Position numbers and translations under genes: made by a program. Below the pieces are notes generated by a model. It did no database searches. It was given only the letters and a program-made list of their open reading frames with translations, and was not told the origin of the DNA. This document shows, piece after piece, positions 41,856-56,153 of a stretch of 64,000 bases of DNA. Numbering within the stretch: position 1 is the first letter of the stretch; each line of letters starts with the position of its first letter. Location of the stretch: assembly GCF_006345805.1 (NCBI RefSeq), contig NC_043000.1, forward strand, positions 105,152,001 to 105,216,000, in the 5' to 3' direction. The stretch is from Octopus sinensis. Taxonomy: Eukaryota.

Positions 41856-42045
41856 TTTATCGAACGGCAACAAGATATCATTTTACCATTCTCAACATAT
41901 GTAATTAGAGACACCACCCGCATACAAACACCCCCACAAACACATATATATATGTATGTATACGATCATCTTCCTCTGTGTGTGTGTGCTCGTGTGTGTG
42001 TGTGTGCTCGTGTGTGTGTGTGTGCGTGCGTGTGTTTGTGTGTGT

Positions 42046-42104
<59 letters not shown>

Positions 42105-42456
42105 GTGTGTGAATCTTGCTGAAACTTTTGTAGTTTTAATGTTTCCGAATGTTCAAATAATTGATAAGGCGAAGACGCGTAACACCCATATACTGAAAAA
42201 TATTCATAGAGATCGTGATATCATTTCATCCACACACTGTTATCATATTTCGATGATTTTTCTGATATTTTGCTATAATTAAAATATCGTCTTGATACAA
42301 CCTTTTATCAGTTGTTTCAACAATCTAAGCTTAAACAAACTTAGTTAAATATGACTATTGGTCAATGACTTACAAGTGACATGCCGGCGAAAACAAATCC
42401 TCGGGTGGATAATAAACTTAGTATTGCTTTCACCGATAGGTAAATTTTATTTCTAT

Positions 42457-42864
42457 ACTCTTTACTCTTTACTCTTTTACTTGTTTCAGTCATTTGACTG
42501 CGGCCATGCTGGAGCACCGCCTTTAGTCGAGCAAATCGACCCCGGGACTTATTCTTTGTAAGCCCAGTACTTATTCTATCGGTCTCTTTTTGCCGAACCG
42601 CTAAGTGACGGGGACGTAAACACACCAGCATCGGTTGTCAAGCAATGCTAGGGGGACAAACACAGACACACAAACACACATACATATATATACATATATA
42701 CGACAGGCTTCTTTCAGTTTCCGTCTACCAAATCCACTCACAAGGCATTGGTCTGCCCGGGGCTATAGCAGAAGACACTTGCCCAAGATGCCACGCAGTG
42801 GGACTGAACCCGGAACCATGAGGTTGGTTAGCAAGCTACTTACCACACAGCCACTCCTGCGCCT
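42457..42864 (-). mobile_element. Full-length SINE family A
   Basis: Head ggcgcaggagtggctgtgtggtaagtagc, B-box-like ggttcagtccc, ggcatcttgggcaagt, internal microsatellite, tail (gagtaaa)n. Confidence 0.9.
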
Positions 42865-42887
42865 ATGCATTTATTTGTTAGTGAAAT

Positions 42888-42931
<44 letters not shown>

Positions 42932-43792
42932 CATGCGTGCGTGCGTGCGTGCGTGCGAGCGTGCGTGCGTGTGTGTGTGAGCGCGTGCGTGTGTGTGTGA
43001 GCGCGTGCGTGTTCGGCAAGTTAAAATGCCTTACCAGCCTGGACGTATTTTCAATCCAAAAGAACGTAATCAAGTACCGCAAGGTATTTTGTTCGCTGGA
43101 TTCCTTACCCTTCAGGCATGCGTTTTCCTTAACATCAATTGTTTTGCTTACTTTAATAAATGGAAATAAACAACAAAACAACAACTTCTACTACCCAAAC
43201 AATACACATGTTCACGAGAGGGTGGATATGGGATATGAAATGTATGGTGTAATACAATAGAAGTACACGTGCGAAGGGAGGGGCAAGGTGCCTAGATGCA
43301 AATGAAAAAAAGAAAGGAAAACGTTACATTATGATGTAATTTCAATCAACTGTCACTTATGGTTACCTCCCCCTTCCTCTGCTCTCTACTCTTCTTATTT
43401 CACCTCCTCCCACACTAAATTATTTAGCTCAACCAAAGGCAGATGTACATGTCAGCGAGAAGTGCTTGTTACTACTGAGTCCGTGGCTGTTGTTGTTATC
43501 GTTGTTGTTGCAGTTATTGTTGTTGTTTTTTTATTGTTGCTGATGCTGTTTTAGTAGGGTTGTTTCGTTTCGTTTTTAGAGAAGAAAAATAGAATTAGCA
43601 ACATAAAACTTGAAAGAAATTACTAGAAAATTCGAGTTGTTTAGAACAGGGGACGACGACAACAACAACGGACGAAGACGACGGCGACGATGATAACTTT
43701 AACACCAACAACAATAGTAGTACTAGAAATATAATTGGAAAAAACATTGACTTGCAAGTTCATTGTCGCCATTTCTCAAAGTATCAGAGATT

Positions 43793-43831
<39 letters not shown>

Positions 43832-44008
43832 GAGGAGGAGGTTGTGGGGTAGGATGTGGGGAGGAGGAGGAGGAGGTGGAGCAGCAGAGGCGGCGGCGCC
43901 AGCAACAACAACAACGGCAGCAGCAATAGCAGCAGCAGCAATAGCAGCAGTAGTAGTAGTAGCAGTAGCAGTAGCAGTAGTAGTAGTAGCAGTAGAGGCA
44001 GCAGCAGC

Positions 44009-44065
<57 letters not shown>

Positions 44066-44130
44066 GGTGGTAGTAGTAGTAGTAGCAGCAGCAGCAGCAG
44101 AAGTAGTAGTAGTAGTAGATGATGATGATG
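43793..44130. repeat. Compound (AGT)/(AGC)/(GGA) trinucleotide low-complexity tract
   Basis: Direct inspection. Confidence 0.95.
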
Positions 44131-44558
44131 ATATTGATAATGACGATGATGAGGTGTGGCGGTAGCGGTGGTCGTGGGAGTCGTCGTCGCCGTCGTAGTA
44201 ATAGTGGTAGCGACAGTGGTGGTGGTTAATGAAACTTATTGTCGTTGCCGTCATGGTGATCATGCATGCACGACAAATAAGGAATGATCACGATCATGAT
44301 GATGTTCGTTATATTCTAATTTTTTTCCCCAATTCTTTTGAAGTAATATCAGAAAGGAAGTTCTACAGCTGTGGAAAATTATTGAAACGATGGGGTGGTG
44401 TGCATGCTAATAAGCATGCGTACGATTTTGGGTACCTATAAGCGTACAGATGCGCATGCATACAATATATAAATTCAAACATATATACATATATATATAT
44501 ATATTATATATGCATATATATATACATATGTATATATATATATGCATATATATATAGA

Positions 44559-44607
<49 letters not shown>

Positions 44608-44614
44608 GATATGA

Positions 44615-44667
<53 letters not shown>

Positions 44668-44810
44668 TATATATATATACAATATATTGTACAATAAAAA
44701 TGGTAAATAATTTTCCTGTGGTTTTTCATGTAACAACAATTATTTACCGGTAAATTCGGTATGTAAATACGACAAAATAATTGTCAAGACCTTTGTAAGG
44801 TTCAGTATAT

Positions 44811-45019
44811 AGTAAAGAAAAATAAGTTGGCTAGCAGCAAGCTGTTTCGCCTCATACCGAAGGAATTAGAAATGGCAGTCAAAGACCGTTTTTTCCATTT
44901 CTATAAGTTTTTGGAATCTCCACTTATAGAAATGGAAAAAACGGTCTTTGACTGCCATTTCTAATTCCTTCGGTATGAGGCGAAACAGCTTGCTGCTAGC
45001 CAACTTATTTTTCTTTACT
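44811..45019. repeat. Perfect palindrome: 98-bp arms, 13-nt spacer
   Basis: 44811-44908 is the exact reverse complement of 44922-45019 by base-by-base comparison. Confidence 0.97.
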
Positions 45020-45079
45020 TATATATATATATATATAATATATATATATATAGATATATGTATATATATATATGCATAT

Positions 45080-45112
<33 letters not shown>

Positions 45113-46741
45113 AACATACATATGCGTATATATATATATATACATGTATATGAGATATATACGTATATATGTATGTATATATGTATACATGTATGTATGT
45201 ATGTATGTATGTATGTATGTATGTATGTATGTATGTATGTATGTATGCATGCATACAGACATACGCGCGGGCGGGCGCAATGTACTCTATGTGCACATAA
45301 ATTTGACACCGTTATGACATTGGAGATAATGTCTTCATTATATTGTGATTTCCGTTCCCTACATATACTTCATTGAGCTTTGAATTTGTCTTTAGCTTAT
45401 TGGATTTTTAATTTTAATTTGTATTAACGACCCGTTTTTTTCTAATTGTTTCTGCCTTAATAGCAATTTTCCACATTCTCAATTATATTCACTCGTATTT
45501 ATACACATATTTGTATAAGTGTTGTTAATAAGTTAATATAAGGTAGATGTTTATGTACATCCACCTTGGACTTGCACACATCTCTAGGTGTGTGTGTGTG
45601 TGTGTGTATGTATGTGTATATATATATATATGTGTGTGTGTGTGTATAAGTGTGAAATTTTGTCAGAATATGTTTATATCATGATTCTTTGAAGAGATGA
45701 CACTATCTGATTACTAGCTTGATGAATTATACATTTTTACACTTTAGTACCTCCCTTTCTATTTGATCTGACAGTTTTACAACCATCTGAGCGATTAACA
45801 TTGGTCAGTTTATCCTACAATGACAACAAACCTCACGTTCTCATTCGTTATTCATTTCTCTTGATTTTTTTCTGTATTTTTCTTTCTAAATGAAAGCAAA
45901 TGCGTAAAGTATTCTTCATGTTTCTTACATGGAAACTGTTCCCCGAAGTTATGACTCTTACGTATCGGATAATAGAAACGTGACGTATGAATTTTTTGAA
46001 ACACTTGTAGGAATGAGCATATTGAGATATCACAAATGCTGCTTTCTGTTATTCTGCCAAATATATTTTGCTCTGTTTTGTCTTCAGCATAAATTCGCAG
46101 TCAATGCAGACAGGTATTCTTACATGTGAATTTAGAACGTCGATGTAGTAAAATATACTGAATTCGTTGTAATTCGTTATTTGTCGTGCATACAAAGTAC
46201 ATCAGAACGTTGTGTATAGAGAGCGCATGTGCACGAGCATATGCGTGTATGTGTGTGTATGTGTGACATTTGGCTGATTTATTGCAATATTTCTTTCATT
46301 ATGTCTGATTTTATTTTTGAAACATTTTCAGATTCGTGAAATACTGTTCTGTTTCTGTGCGTTACTCCTTTAGCTGTTTATCTAGAAAAACACAGCTTGC
46401 TAAATCTAGCAATGTGTCTTTCAATGTGTATTCGTATATGTACCTCTGTGTGTATGTGTGTGTGAGAGAGAGAGAGAGAATTTCACAATGTTCTTTATAT
46501 GAAACCTTATGTTGAAACATATTTCTGTATTTTGTTTGGGTCAATCTGCCAATAAAAACATGCACTAGACTTCTGTTACCATACCAATGAGTTTCTCGCA
46601 ACTAATGTGATAGAGAGAAAGGCATTGTCAAAGCCCTCTTGTGTAGCTTTCTTGGTAGAATGAATGATCCTCGAAAATATATGCGCATATGTGTGTGTAC
46701 GTATGTATGTATGCATATATATATATATATATATATATATC

Positions 46742-46925
46742 AACATTTGGGCTGCTTGATTGGATGCTTGATGAGGTCCGAGCCATTGATATGAAAACCT
46801 GAAAATGCTAACAAGCACACATAATTTCCACATAAACAGTGATGTAGACCGCTTCTACCTAAAACGAAAACAAAATGGCAGAGGCTTAACATCGATACAA
46901 AATGCCTTTCAATGTTGTATCATAT
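46742..46925 (+). mobile_element. RLE-type LINE internal fragment
   Basis: TFGLLDWMLDEVRAIDMKT/KMLTSTHNFHINSDVDRFYLKRKQNGRGLTSIQ (one frameshift). Confidence 0.75.
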
Positions 46926-46930
46926 GATAG

Positions 46931-47165
46931 CAGGATTCAGCACCTTACCAACCTCTAAAACGAGTCAGAAGTTATTATCGAAGAATTTCTACACTTCACC
47001 CGCTCTGATTTCTGGCCTCCTAATCTCCTCCAATCTTCACACCAAAGCTGAGCTGGTGTGAAAGTGTTCAGAGATCCTCCCGGAGACACTGTGAGTAAAG
47101 TACGCTTCATGTTCCGGAGCCGTCTTGATGCCATGGTGGAAGCTGAAAGCGGCTCTTTTGAGTAA
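46931..47165 (+). mobile_element. Tc1/mariner-superfamily (maT/DD37D-like) transposase 3' relic
   Basis: QDSAPY..TSKTSQKLLSKNFY..DFWPPN, an internal deletion, then VFRDPPGDTVSKVRFMFRSRLDAMVEAESGSFE*. Confidence 0.65.
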
Positions 47166-47358
47166 ACTGTTATCTCCTAGATATAATCTGGTTGTCTTTC
47201 GATTTTTTTTTAAATACCTTTGTTTAAGGATGGGTTGTTGTGGTCTATTTTCCTTTTATATATACTGTCAAATTTAGCCTGAACGCCCTGTACATAAATG
47301 CACACATACATACATACATACATACATACATACATACATACATACATACATACATACA

Positions 47359-47389
<31 letters not shown>

Positions 47390-48657
47390 TTATGCAGCGT
47401 GTGTGCATGTGTGTATGTGTGTGTGTAATTTCTACTGATTCAACAAGAAGCGATAAATTACAGAACTCAATGCTTAAGATTACTGTTTTGACACCGAGTT
47501 ACAATTACCTCCTTCACTGTTACAAGATGAATAAAACCAACAAACCACACAGAAGTCTTCACTCCTCCACATCGACTTAGCTTTACAACCTTCACTGGTT
47601 TAACCTGAACAGCCACACAGATGCCTTGACTGTTTCATATCAAGTTATCTTTACAGCCTTCACGTTTGCATTCCCGACACAAATGTTTTAACTATTCGAC
47701 ACTCAGTTACTTTTCCATTTTTCAATGTTGCAACACCAACGCCAATATCTACAATAAGATTAATGCCAATAACGAATGACTTTCAGCTTTCTTTCCTTCT
47801 ACATTCTGTCATTCTTTGTACCTTTTCCTTCTATCCTTTCAGTCTTCCTTATTTTCTTTCTCTTGCCTTCAATCTTCATTCCTTTTCCATATTACAATCC
47901 TCTTTTCTATCTTCCATTCTAGCATTAATTTTTTTCTGTTCTATTATTCTTACATTTCTCTTTTGTTTTTCTTTTTACTTTCATTCTTTCCTTCCTATTT
48001 TGTTCTTACTTCCCTATTTTCATTATTTTATTATCTCCCCCCCCCTCTCTCTCTCTCAGTTTCCTTCTTTCGTACACGAACGGATTTCAGATGCCAAGAG
48101 TTTCTCAATATGACAATCTCTAAGCATGCCGTTTTACTTGTGCTTGTGTTTTCGCACACGTGTACGTGTGTATGCGTTTGCGTATAGATATGTATGTGCG
48201 TATAAATGTTTAAACGTGAAGTGCGTTTATAGTTATATGTGTATGTATATGTATAATTAAGTATGAGTGAGCGTAAATGCAAGCAAACATGTGTGTCTGT
48301 GAATAAACATGTTTGCGTTCAGATGTGAGAGTTTGCGTATAATGTGTATATGCACATACATTTATGTTTGCGAATAGACGTGTGCATGTATGTATAGATG
48401 TGTTTATACATGTGTATATAATTGGGTATAGATGTGTGCTTGGGTGTGTATATGTTATTACCGTTCAGTCTAAAACAACAACCATGTGTGACGTCAGACG
48501 CGTAAGGCCAAGCTAACTTTACCGTCCATCACATCAAAGACCGTTGTCTTGTCTAATGTATGAAACCATGCAGAGATAGATATACGCGTGCGAGTGTGTA
48601 TGTGTGTATGCAAGAATTGATACTTTTCTGATTTCATATACTGTTATGCGTATAGTA

Positions 48658-48689
<32 letters not shown>

Positions 48690-49344
48690 ATGTACGCATA
48701 AGTACAAACATATACTAACAAATACATGGGTATGGATGAATGTATGTATATACAAGTGTGTGTGTGTGTCCGTGTTGTCATGTATGTTTTTCTGTCCTTC
48801 TATGAAGTGCAATTCTGTATGTGTGTGCGCGTATGTATTTATGCGAATATATAAAATAGGATAAGCGCGCATGCGTGAGGGTCTGTTTTCTGTGAGTACA
48901 CTAATGCATTTATAATCCTTACTATATGTGTTCATGTGTATAGTATATGTATGAGTATACGTAGCCGTGTGCTTTCAATGTAGCTCAATGTGCATGCAAT
49001 CACGCGGATAATGTGTGCTCATATATATCCCTACATACATACATACACATACATACATACATACATACATACATACATACATACATACATACATACATAC
49101 GTACATACATACATGCATACATACTTACATTCATACGTGCGTATATATGTATGTATTTATATTCACACATACACACACGCACACACATGCGCGCACGCAC
49201 ACATATAAATGAACACATCAAATTTTCTGCTTCTCTGCGTGATTACATACGCACCACATTGTACAATAAAAAGGGTAAGAAAAAGGGTACACACATTCAC
49301 AAAAACATACATACAATACATATAGATATACATTCACATATAGG

Positions 49345-50480
49345 GTGCATGGGGTATGTGAGTCAGTATCTCTGACGAGGGAACATGTGGTGTTCTTTGG
49401 AATAGCTTGTCTGCTCTGGTCCTCACCTGACACCCAGATCTCACCTGTAGCTCCTCCAAGCTGTCTGCATGCAACAGCAGCCACAACCCGAGCAACGGCT
49501 TCCACAGTCCGGGTAAACTATGGTATGGGTAGTCGACGGATTTCAAACCTTCGCTGAGCTAGGACTTGCTTGCCTATAAATCGGAAGACTAGCAGACTCT
49601 GCGAAGGAAACCACCAGATTGCAGGTGGCGGACCAGCGTGCACTGTGGAGCGCGAAGAGGACACAGTGAGACACGAAGGACACTGCAGTCATCCACTGCA
49701 CTTCGACTTATCTCTAGTCGTCCTGATTCCATCCTGCCACTGGAATCAGAGAGGAAGGGGTGAGTGAGTGATGCAGATGACGTTGTGCCACCCTCCCGCA
49801 CTTCAATCTATGTCACACCCAGGTCAAGACATCACTATCTCAGACCCAACTTCAAGTTCTGTGGCGATGGACGAATGACAAAGCAGCAGGTATGGATGAA
49901 CTGGAAGTTGTAGTCACAAATCTACACACCGGTGACCCAGAGCATAATGTCGTACCCCACTGAAACAGCAATGGAATTCGATAGAACCCTAGGTGTTCGA
50001 GCAGTCTTCTTTGAGATCGCTTTGCTCTCTTCTATGGCCTGAGGAAGGGGCTAAAAAAGGTGCCCTAAACATAGCCTGCTTCACCTCACCCTGTCCTGTA
50101 TACCGCGGCAGGCATGGCTCGAACGCCACGCCAAAATGTTAAACCGCTTCCACATGAACTGTCTGAGAAAGCTGTTGAAAATATCCAGGCAAGACAAGGT
50201 TCAAAACACGGAGGTCCTATCACAAGCTGATTTGCCAAGCACTTACACACTGTTGGGAAGTGCACAAGTCAGGTGCACCTTGTTCGAATGCCTAACCCGT
50301 GACTCCCCAAGAGACTGTTTACAGCAAACAACCAGAAGGCAATCAAAGTAGATTTAGAAAGAGCTTCAGTGACACACCAAAGAGCTTTGAGATCAATTCC
50401 GACACTGGAAAACACAAACACAACACCGCTCCGCCTTCTTTACTAAAATATAACGATGCTAGTGATAGCCAAATAGCTTG
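49345..50480 (+). mobile_element. Internally deleted RTE element (putative 5' UTR joined to the ORF C-terminus)
   Basis: A GC-rich ~750-bp non-coding block followed by ERHAKMLNRFHMNCLRKLLKISRQDKVQNTEVLSQADLPS, the RTE post-RT region. The 5' UTR assignment rests on recalled similarity. Confidence 0.65.
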
Positions 50481-51963
50481 AAAAGCATTCATCGTACCAC
50501 CAGAGAGTGCCGTGAAATGAATAATGGTATTTTGACACCCATTGCTTAAGGCGAGGATTTTCTCTGTGCCAAATTGTAGTGAAAACGGGTTTTTTAAAGG
50601 TCAAGTATGCAACGAACTGATCGAAATATTTACATATCTTATACCAATTGGGCAAAGACAAACTGCTTTATTTACTTCAGCAAATGAATGCTACGATGCA
50701 GTTTGCATAAAGATTCGACTGACAATCTCACGCAACATGCCAGTCCAACTATTAGAGTATCTGTGTATTCGCTCATTCTACAAGCAGTGAAATCTCCCTC
50801 GAGTCACTCCATACTATCCTGGAAAATGAGTCACATTGGATGATGTAATCGTCAAAATAGAAAACGACGTGGCATGTCTACTTGATCAGAGCTGGGCCGG
50901 TGTTAAATAATAACACCAACAATTCACCAGACACAATCCACGTGACATTAACTGTTCAACATGATTTACGTGATATCAACTGCTCGACAAGACAATCAGT
51001 GAAAACTGAAAGATCACAAGTTAAAGTTATCTAATCTCCACTATAACTTTTAAAAGATTAGCTGTTTATAACGCCATAACTTGATCTAACGAACGTAGTT
51101 CAATACGCAGTTGGAACGTCTTTGATTATAGGTCTGCTTGGTCAAGATTTGCCTGCCACAGAAAAAAAAAAAGAAAAAAGACAAAATCTATCCAACTTGT
51201 AGAAGCACTCAGCGGCTGTTTTTTCGTTTTTGGTTTTTAATTGTTCATAAGGAAGAGAAATATACTTCTATGGTGCTTATTAGACCCAAGCTAGTACTGG
51301 TTCAGTGCTAGTAGAACTATGATCCAAGCCGTTCTATCTGCGACCATGAATCCACTTTGATAAGCATGACCACACTATCCAAAATCCCCTTTCATTACCG
51401 AAGCGATAGAGTATGATTTGATGGAGGTTTGGCTGCTATTCCTAGCAGTTTGAATGAATACGTAGAGCAATCATTTCTAGCCCCTGTTTTGCTAGGACCT
51501 AGGATTTCGTACACAATAGGCAATGGTGTCAACAGGTTTCCAATTGGAGTTATATTTGTTTTAGTGGAATAAAACAAGTGTATTGCTGTTTTCCTTAAAC
51601 ATAGGAAGTTGGTACGATCTGTTCAAATAAACGTTGGAAACCATTAACGCAGAGGTTCACTGAAAGAGTGAACCACTGTGTTACTGTTCGAAATGTTGTC
51701 GTGGTCCTCTCTTCCATATCCATAAACAGTTCTACAAAACTAGAGCAGGTTGGCAACAAAATATAAACAAACAAACAAAAACATACTGGTACGGAAAATA
51801 AATAAAATCTTCTTCCTCCGCCGCTCCAAACTTCCTCTTTCATATCTCACTAACTCTGCACTCCTCTCGCGGCTGCATTTGTATCAATTACCTTTCTCTT
51901 CTCTATCGCTTGTGCTTACACTATCTTTCTATCAATGCGCCGGTTTATGTATGTGTGTAATAA

Positions 51964-51994
<31 letters not shown>

Positions 51995-52281
51995 CGTGTG
52001 TCTGTAGGGCAAAAGACAGTTTATGTACGTATGCGTGTGTGCGTGTGTGTATGTGAGTGTGAGCATGTATGTATGTATATATATATTTTTGTATCTAACT
52101 AATCATCCGTTTAACAATTTATTTATGCAGCCGAGTGCAGTAAGATATCTATATATCTACTTTTCACCACTCTCTCTTTTTTATATAGACATATATACAT
52201 ACATACACACATAATATATTTACAAATATACATGTATGCTTACCTATGTATATATGTATATATACATTTAGCTATGTAAAG

Positions 52282-52313
<32 letters not shown>

Positions 52314-53057
52314 AATAATGTATATATGTATGTTTATGTATACACCCATGCATTTATCCCTTTCTCTATATAACTATTTTCTTATATATCTAAATTTCCG
52401 TAAAGCTCTCTATCTCACTTTCTACCTATAAATCTATCTTCATATATCTTTTAACCAGCTGTCTTCCATCTACTGTATCTGTATCGTATATATTTTTCTA
52501 TCTATCCACTAATTTAGTTCTCTATCTTTTTATCCATCAGTAGCAGCGAATCTAACAGCTGTTATTAAGATGTCAAAAAAATGTGAGAGCAAATATATAT
52601 GTATATATATGTATGTATGTATATATGTATGTATGTATGTATGTATGTACACACACAAATAAAACGCTGCAATTATTTAACAGTCGATGGTTATAATTTG
52701 CCAGCAATAGCTTCCATCATCTGTTTGCACACTTCCGGTTGTTCCGCTCTAATGACCCATATCTAATAAGCATTTAATCAAAATTTCATATACATATGCG
52801 TGAGTGTCGGTATGTAGACAGGCAGATAAACCCTTATATATATATATATATATATATAGGGAGGGAGAGAGAGAGAAAGAGAATTTGAAAAGTCTTGACG
52901 AAACGTCGAAGAGATTGTCAATATTTATAATGAAATAAATGTTTCACTCTACTTCACATATATTATTCTTTATTCAATGTTTTTCGATTCTATATATAAT
53001 TAAAACCTTAATGTTAATATATATTTCTAATGTAGATATTTATACGTACCTATATAA

Positions 53058-53105
<48 letters not shown>

Positions 53106-53809
53106 GGGTGCGTGTGTGGTGTGTGTGTGTAGAAGAGTACCACATGGGAAACGTTGGTATCCTCATCCAAAATGGAGACGAGTATATACATACATATATA
53201 TATATATATTATTATATATATATATATATATATATAGATATATATATATATATAATATATATATATATTATATATATATATATGCATATATACGTATATA
53301 TATGTACATATGTATATATGGTACAGGACGTCATAGAACGTAAACAACATGAAATACGAAATACGGAAACATGGAATACGAACTTTTTTTTGTCAAGCAA
53401 CGAAAGAAACAAATGGAAAATAAGACAAGTAACATAAAAAACGACCCTTCATCATTTGTCGGCTGTTTTATCTACTCCGCATTTCGAGCAATTACGACGA
53501 GGTGTGCCTTCGTCAAAACAGCTGCTCCCGCAAAACAAATTGAATAAAAATTAGGATTTGCGGAGGGTCAAAGTTGGAAACAAAACCATGTCAGTGGAAA
53601 CAAACAGTAAAGGCTGCTAAGCCATAACGAGGTGAGGTGGTGAGCGCTAGAGGAACAAGATTTGACAGGAGACAGACAAGAATGCGTCTTATCTCTGTAG
53701 CTGATTGAAAGGAAAGAAAGAAACTCAAGTTAGGAAAAAAGAAAGATGGCCGATGGTCACGTGTGAACAACGAGAGAGTAAAGGAGGAAGAGTGAGGAGG
53801 AGAGAGGGA

Positions 53810-54016
53810 CAGCTGTAGAAATGAGTTGCGACGTCACTGGTGCCAAGCTGTATCGGATTTTGCCTTTCCCTTGGATAATATCGGTGGCGCGGAGAGGGGA
53901 GGCTGGTAGGCATGGGCGATTGCTGGTCTTCCATACACAACCTTGCCAGAAATTGTGCGTCGGAGGGTAACTTTCTAGGTGCAATCCCATTGTCATTCGT
54001 GACCGAAGCGGGGTCC
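53810..54016 (+). mobile_element. 5'-truncated SINE family C with (TA)n tail
   Basis: cagctgtagaaatgagttgcgacgtcactggtgccaagctgtatcgg...gggtaactttctaggtgcaatccc; matches 26950-27160 (rc). Confidence 0.9.
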
Positions 54017-54020
54017 ATAT

Positions 54021-54070
<50 letters not shown>

Positions 54071-54294
54071 ATATATATATTCATATTTATATAATATATA
54101 TATATATATATATTCATATTTATATATACTGCCGCACACACACACATATATACATATATATATATATATATAGATATATATATATATATTATATATATAT
54201 ATATATTATATATATATATATATATATAATTCTGCATACATACATTTATATGAGTCTGTGTAATATAAGTACATCCACGATTTTCATGTGCTTA

Positions 54295-55586
54295 CGAGGA
54301 GCGTTCAATAAGTAATGCCCCTGACCCACTTCCCATAGCAGTAGAGCAACGAAACTTGGCACAGGTATTAGTCTTTTTCAGCATAGGAACCACCCAGAGT
54401 TACGCATTTCTCCCATCGTTTGATACAGCTCTGGAGACCGTTTTCATAGAAAACCCCAGCTTGGTCCTCCAACCACTACGTGACTTCAGAAATCAAGGCT
54501 GCATCATCTGGGAAACGCTTTCCTTTCAAAAACAACTTCATGGCTGGGAAGAGGTGAAAATCTGAGGGTGCAATGTCAGGAGAGTAGGGGGATGGGGGAA
54601 GTGTTCATAACCGCACGCCTGTGCTTCTGATCTGGCGACACGCGAGTTGTGGATCGGAGCGTTGTCCTGCAGGAGGAGGATGCCTTTGCTGATCTTGCCC
54701 TGCCTCTTGGTTTTGATAGCTTCTCTTAATTTCCTCAAAAGTGAAGCATGATAGGCTCCTGTAATTGTGGTACCCTTTGCCAGGAAATCTGTCATCACTA
54801 CTCCGTCCTGGTCCCAGAAGACTGTGAGCATGACCTTGCCAGCGGAGGGCTGCACCCTTGCCTTCTTTGGAGGAGGTGAGGCATGGTGCTTCCACTGCAT
54901 TGACTGGGCTTTGTTCTCTGGATCATGGTGAAGGACCCAGGTCTCATCCTGTGTAATCAGTCTTTTGAAAAATTTTGACTCATCTTCTTGGCACATCCCT
55001 AAATTCATCCTCGAGCACTCGACGCGTTCTTGCTTCAGGAAAAGTGTGAGCAACCTGGGAATCCATCTGGCAGACACCTTTTGCATATGCAAATGGTCAT
55101 GAATGATAGTTTCCACAGACACGGTACTAATCTTGACCTCATGGGCTATTTGGCGAATAGTTATGCGTCCATCTTCCAAAATGGCAGCCTCAACTTGACG
55201 GACAGATGCCTCATCAATGGCAAAAGGGGTGCGACCAGATCTGGGAGCTGTTTCCACAGAGTTCCGACCATGTTTGAATTCACGATGCCAGCGTTTTACA
55301 AGGTCGTATGATGGGGCATCATCACCATAAGTTATTTTCATTTCATCAAAAGTCTCCTGTGGTGTGCGTCATTTCAAATACAAAAACCGGATCACTTCTC
55401 GACACTCAACAGGCTCCATTTCCCTCTTGACTCATTTCAAACACATGTAAATCAGAAACCACTATTAGTTCGGAGCTGTAATTTGCCACTTAATCTATAG
55501 AGATATAAATAATTACACATGCAAAATCTTAGCTAGATCAATCAACGGCAAGTGGGTCAGAGGCATTACTTATTGAACGCCCCTCG
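54295..55586 (-). mobile_element. Full-length mariner transposon (1292 bp), irritans-like
   Basis: 37-bp TIRs cgagg(a/g)gcgttcaataagtaatgcc(c/t)ctgacccactt with 2 mismatches; TA on both sides (54293-4, 55587-8). Confidence 0.95.
54368..55419 (-). pseudogene. Mariner DD34D transposase pseudogene
   Basis: MEPVECREVIRFLYLK*...WIPRLL...TQDETW...QDNAP...YSPDIAPSD...EKD*. Lesions: TGA at 55369-55371, a 1-nt loss in the homopolymer at 54587-54591, TAG at ~54476. Confidence 0.93.
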
Positions 55587-56057
55587 TATACTGTAACATC
55601 CACACGCATACAGAAACTATAAATGTGTGTGTGTGTGTACCATCTGTTACACTATATTCCGACCTTTGAATAAGTTTTCTGTTAAGGTACACTACTGGTG
55701 GTTTTGTCTTTTGTTTATTTATATTTTCTTTTTCAGTTGCTGTGACCTGTGCATAATGCAGATACTGTTTCACTTGTTCACCAAGGGAAACAGCTCAATG
55801 TTTTAAATACTTTGTATTATTTCGAAGGTTTCAAAAAAAAAATATTCAGGCAGTGAATATTCATAAAAAGGGGAAAAGAAACTGGCTCGGTTTGCAAACT
55901 GATCGTTGGAAGCGAGCAATTCAGGGTACTGGCAATCGTAGCCTTTCAGTTATAATGAATACTCTACATTTGTATTGAGTTCCGTAATTTATCGTCACTG
56001 GTGGTTTAAAAGATACATACATACATACATACATACATACATACATACATACATACA

Positions 56058-56153
<96 letters not shown>

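Noticed and set aside
53460-53530. Second hammerhead-like motif (tgacga...gaaa) on the minus strand
   Set aside because: C3 is missing, stem III does not pair, and a simple gacga/tcgtc hairpin explains it.
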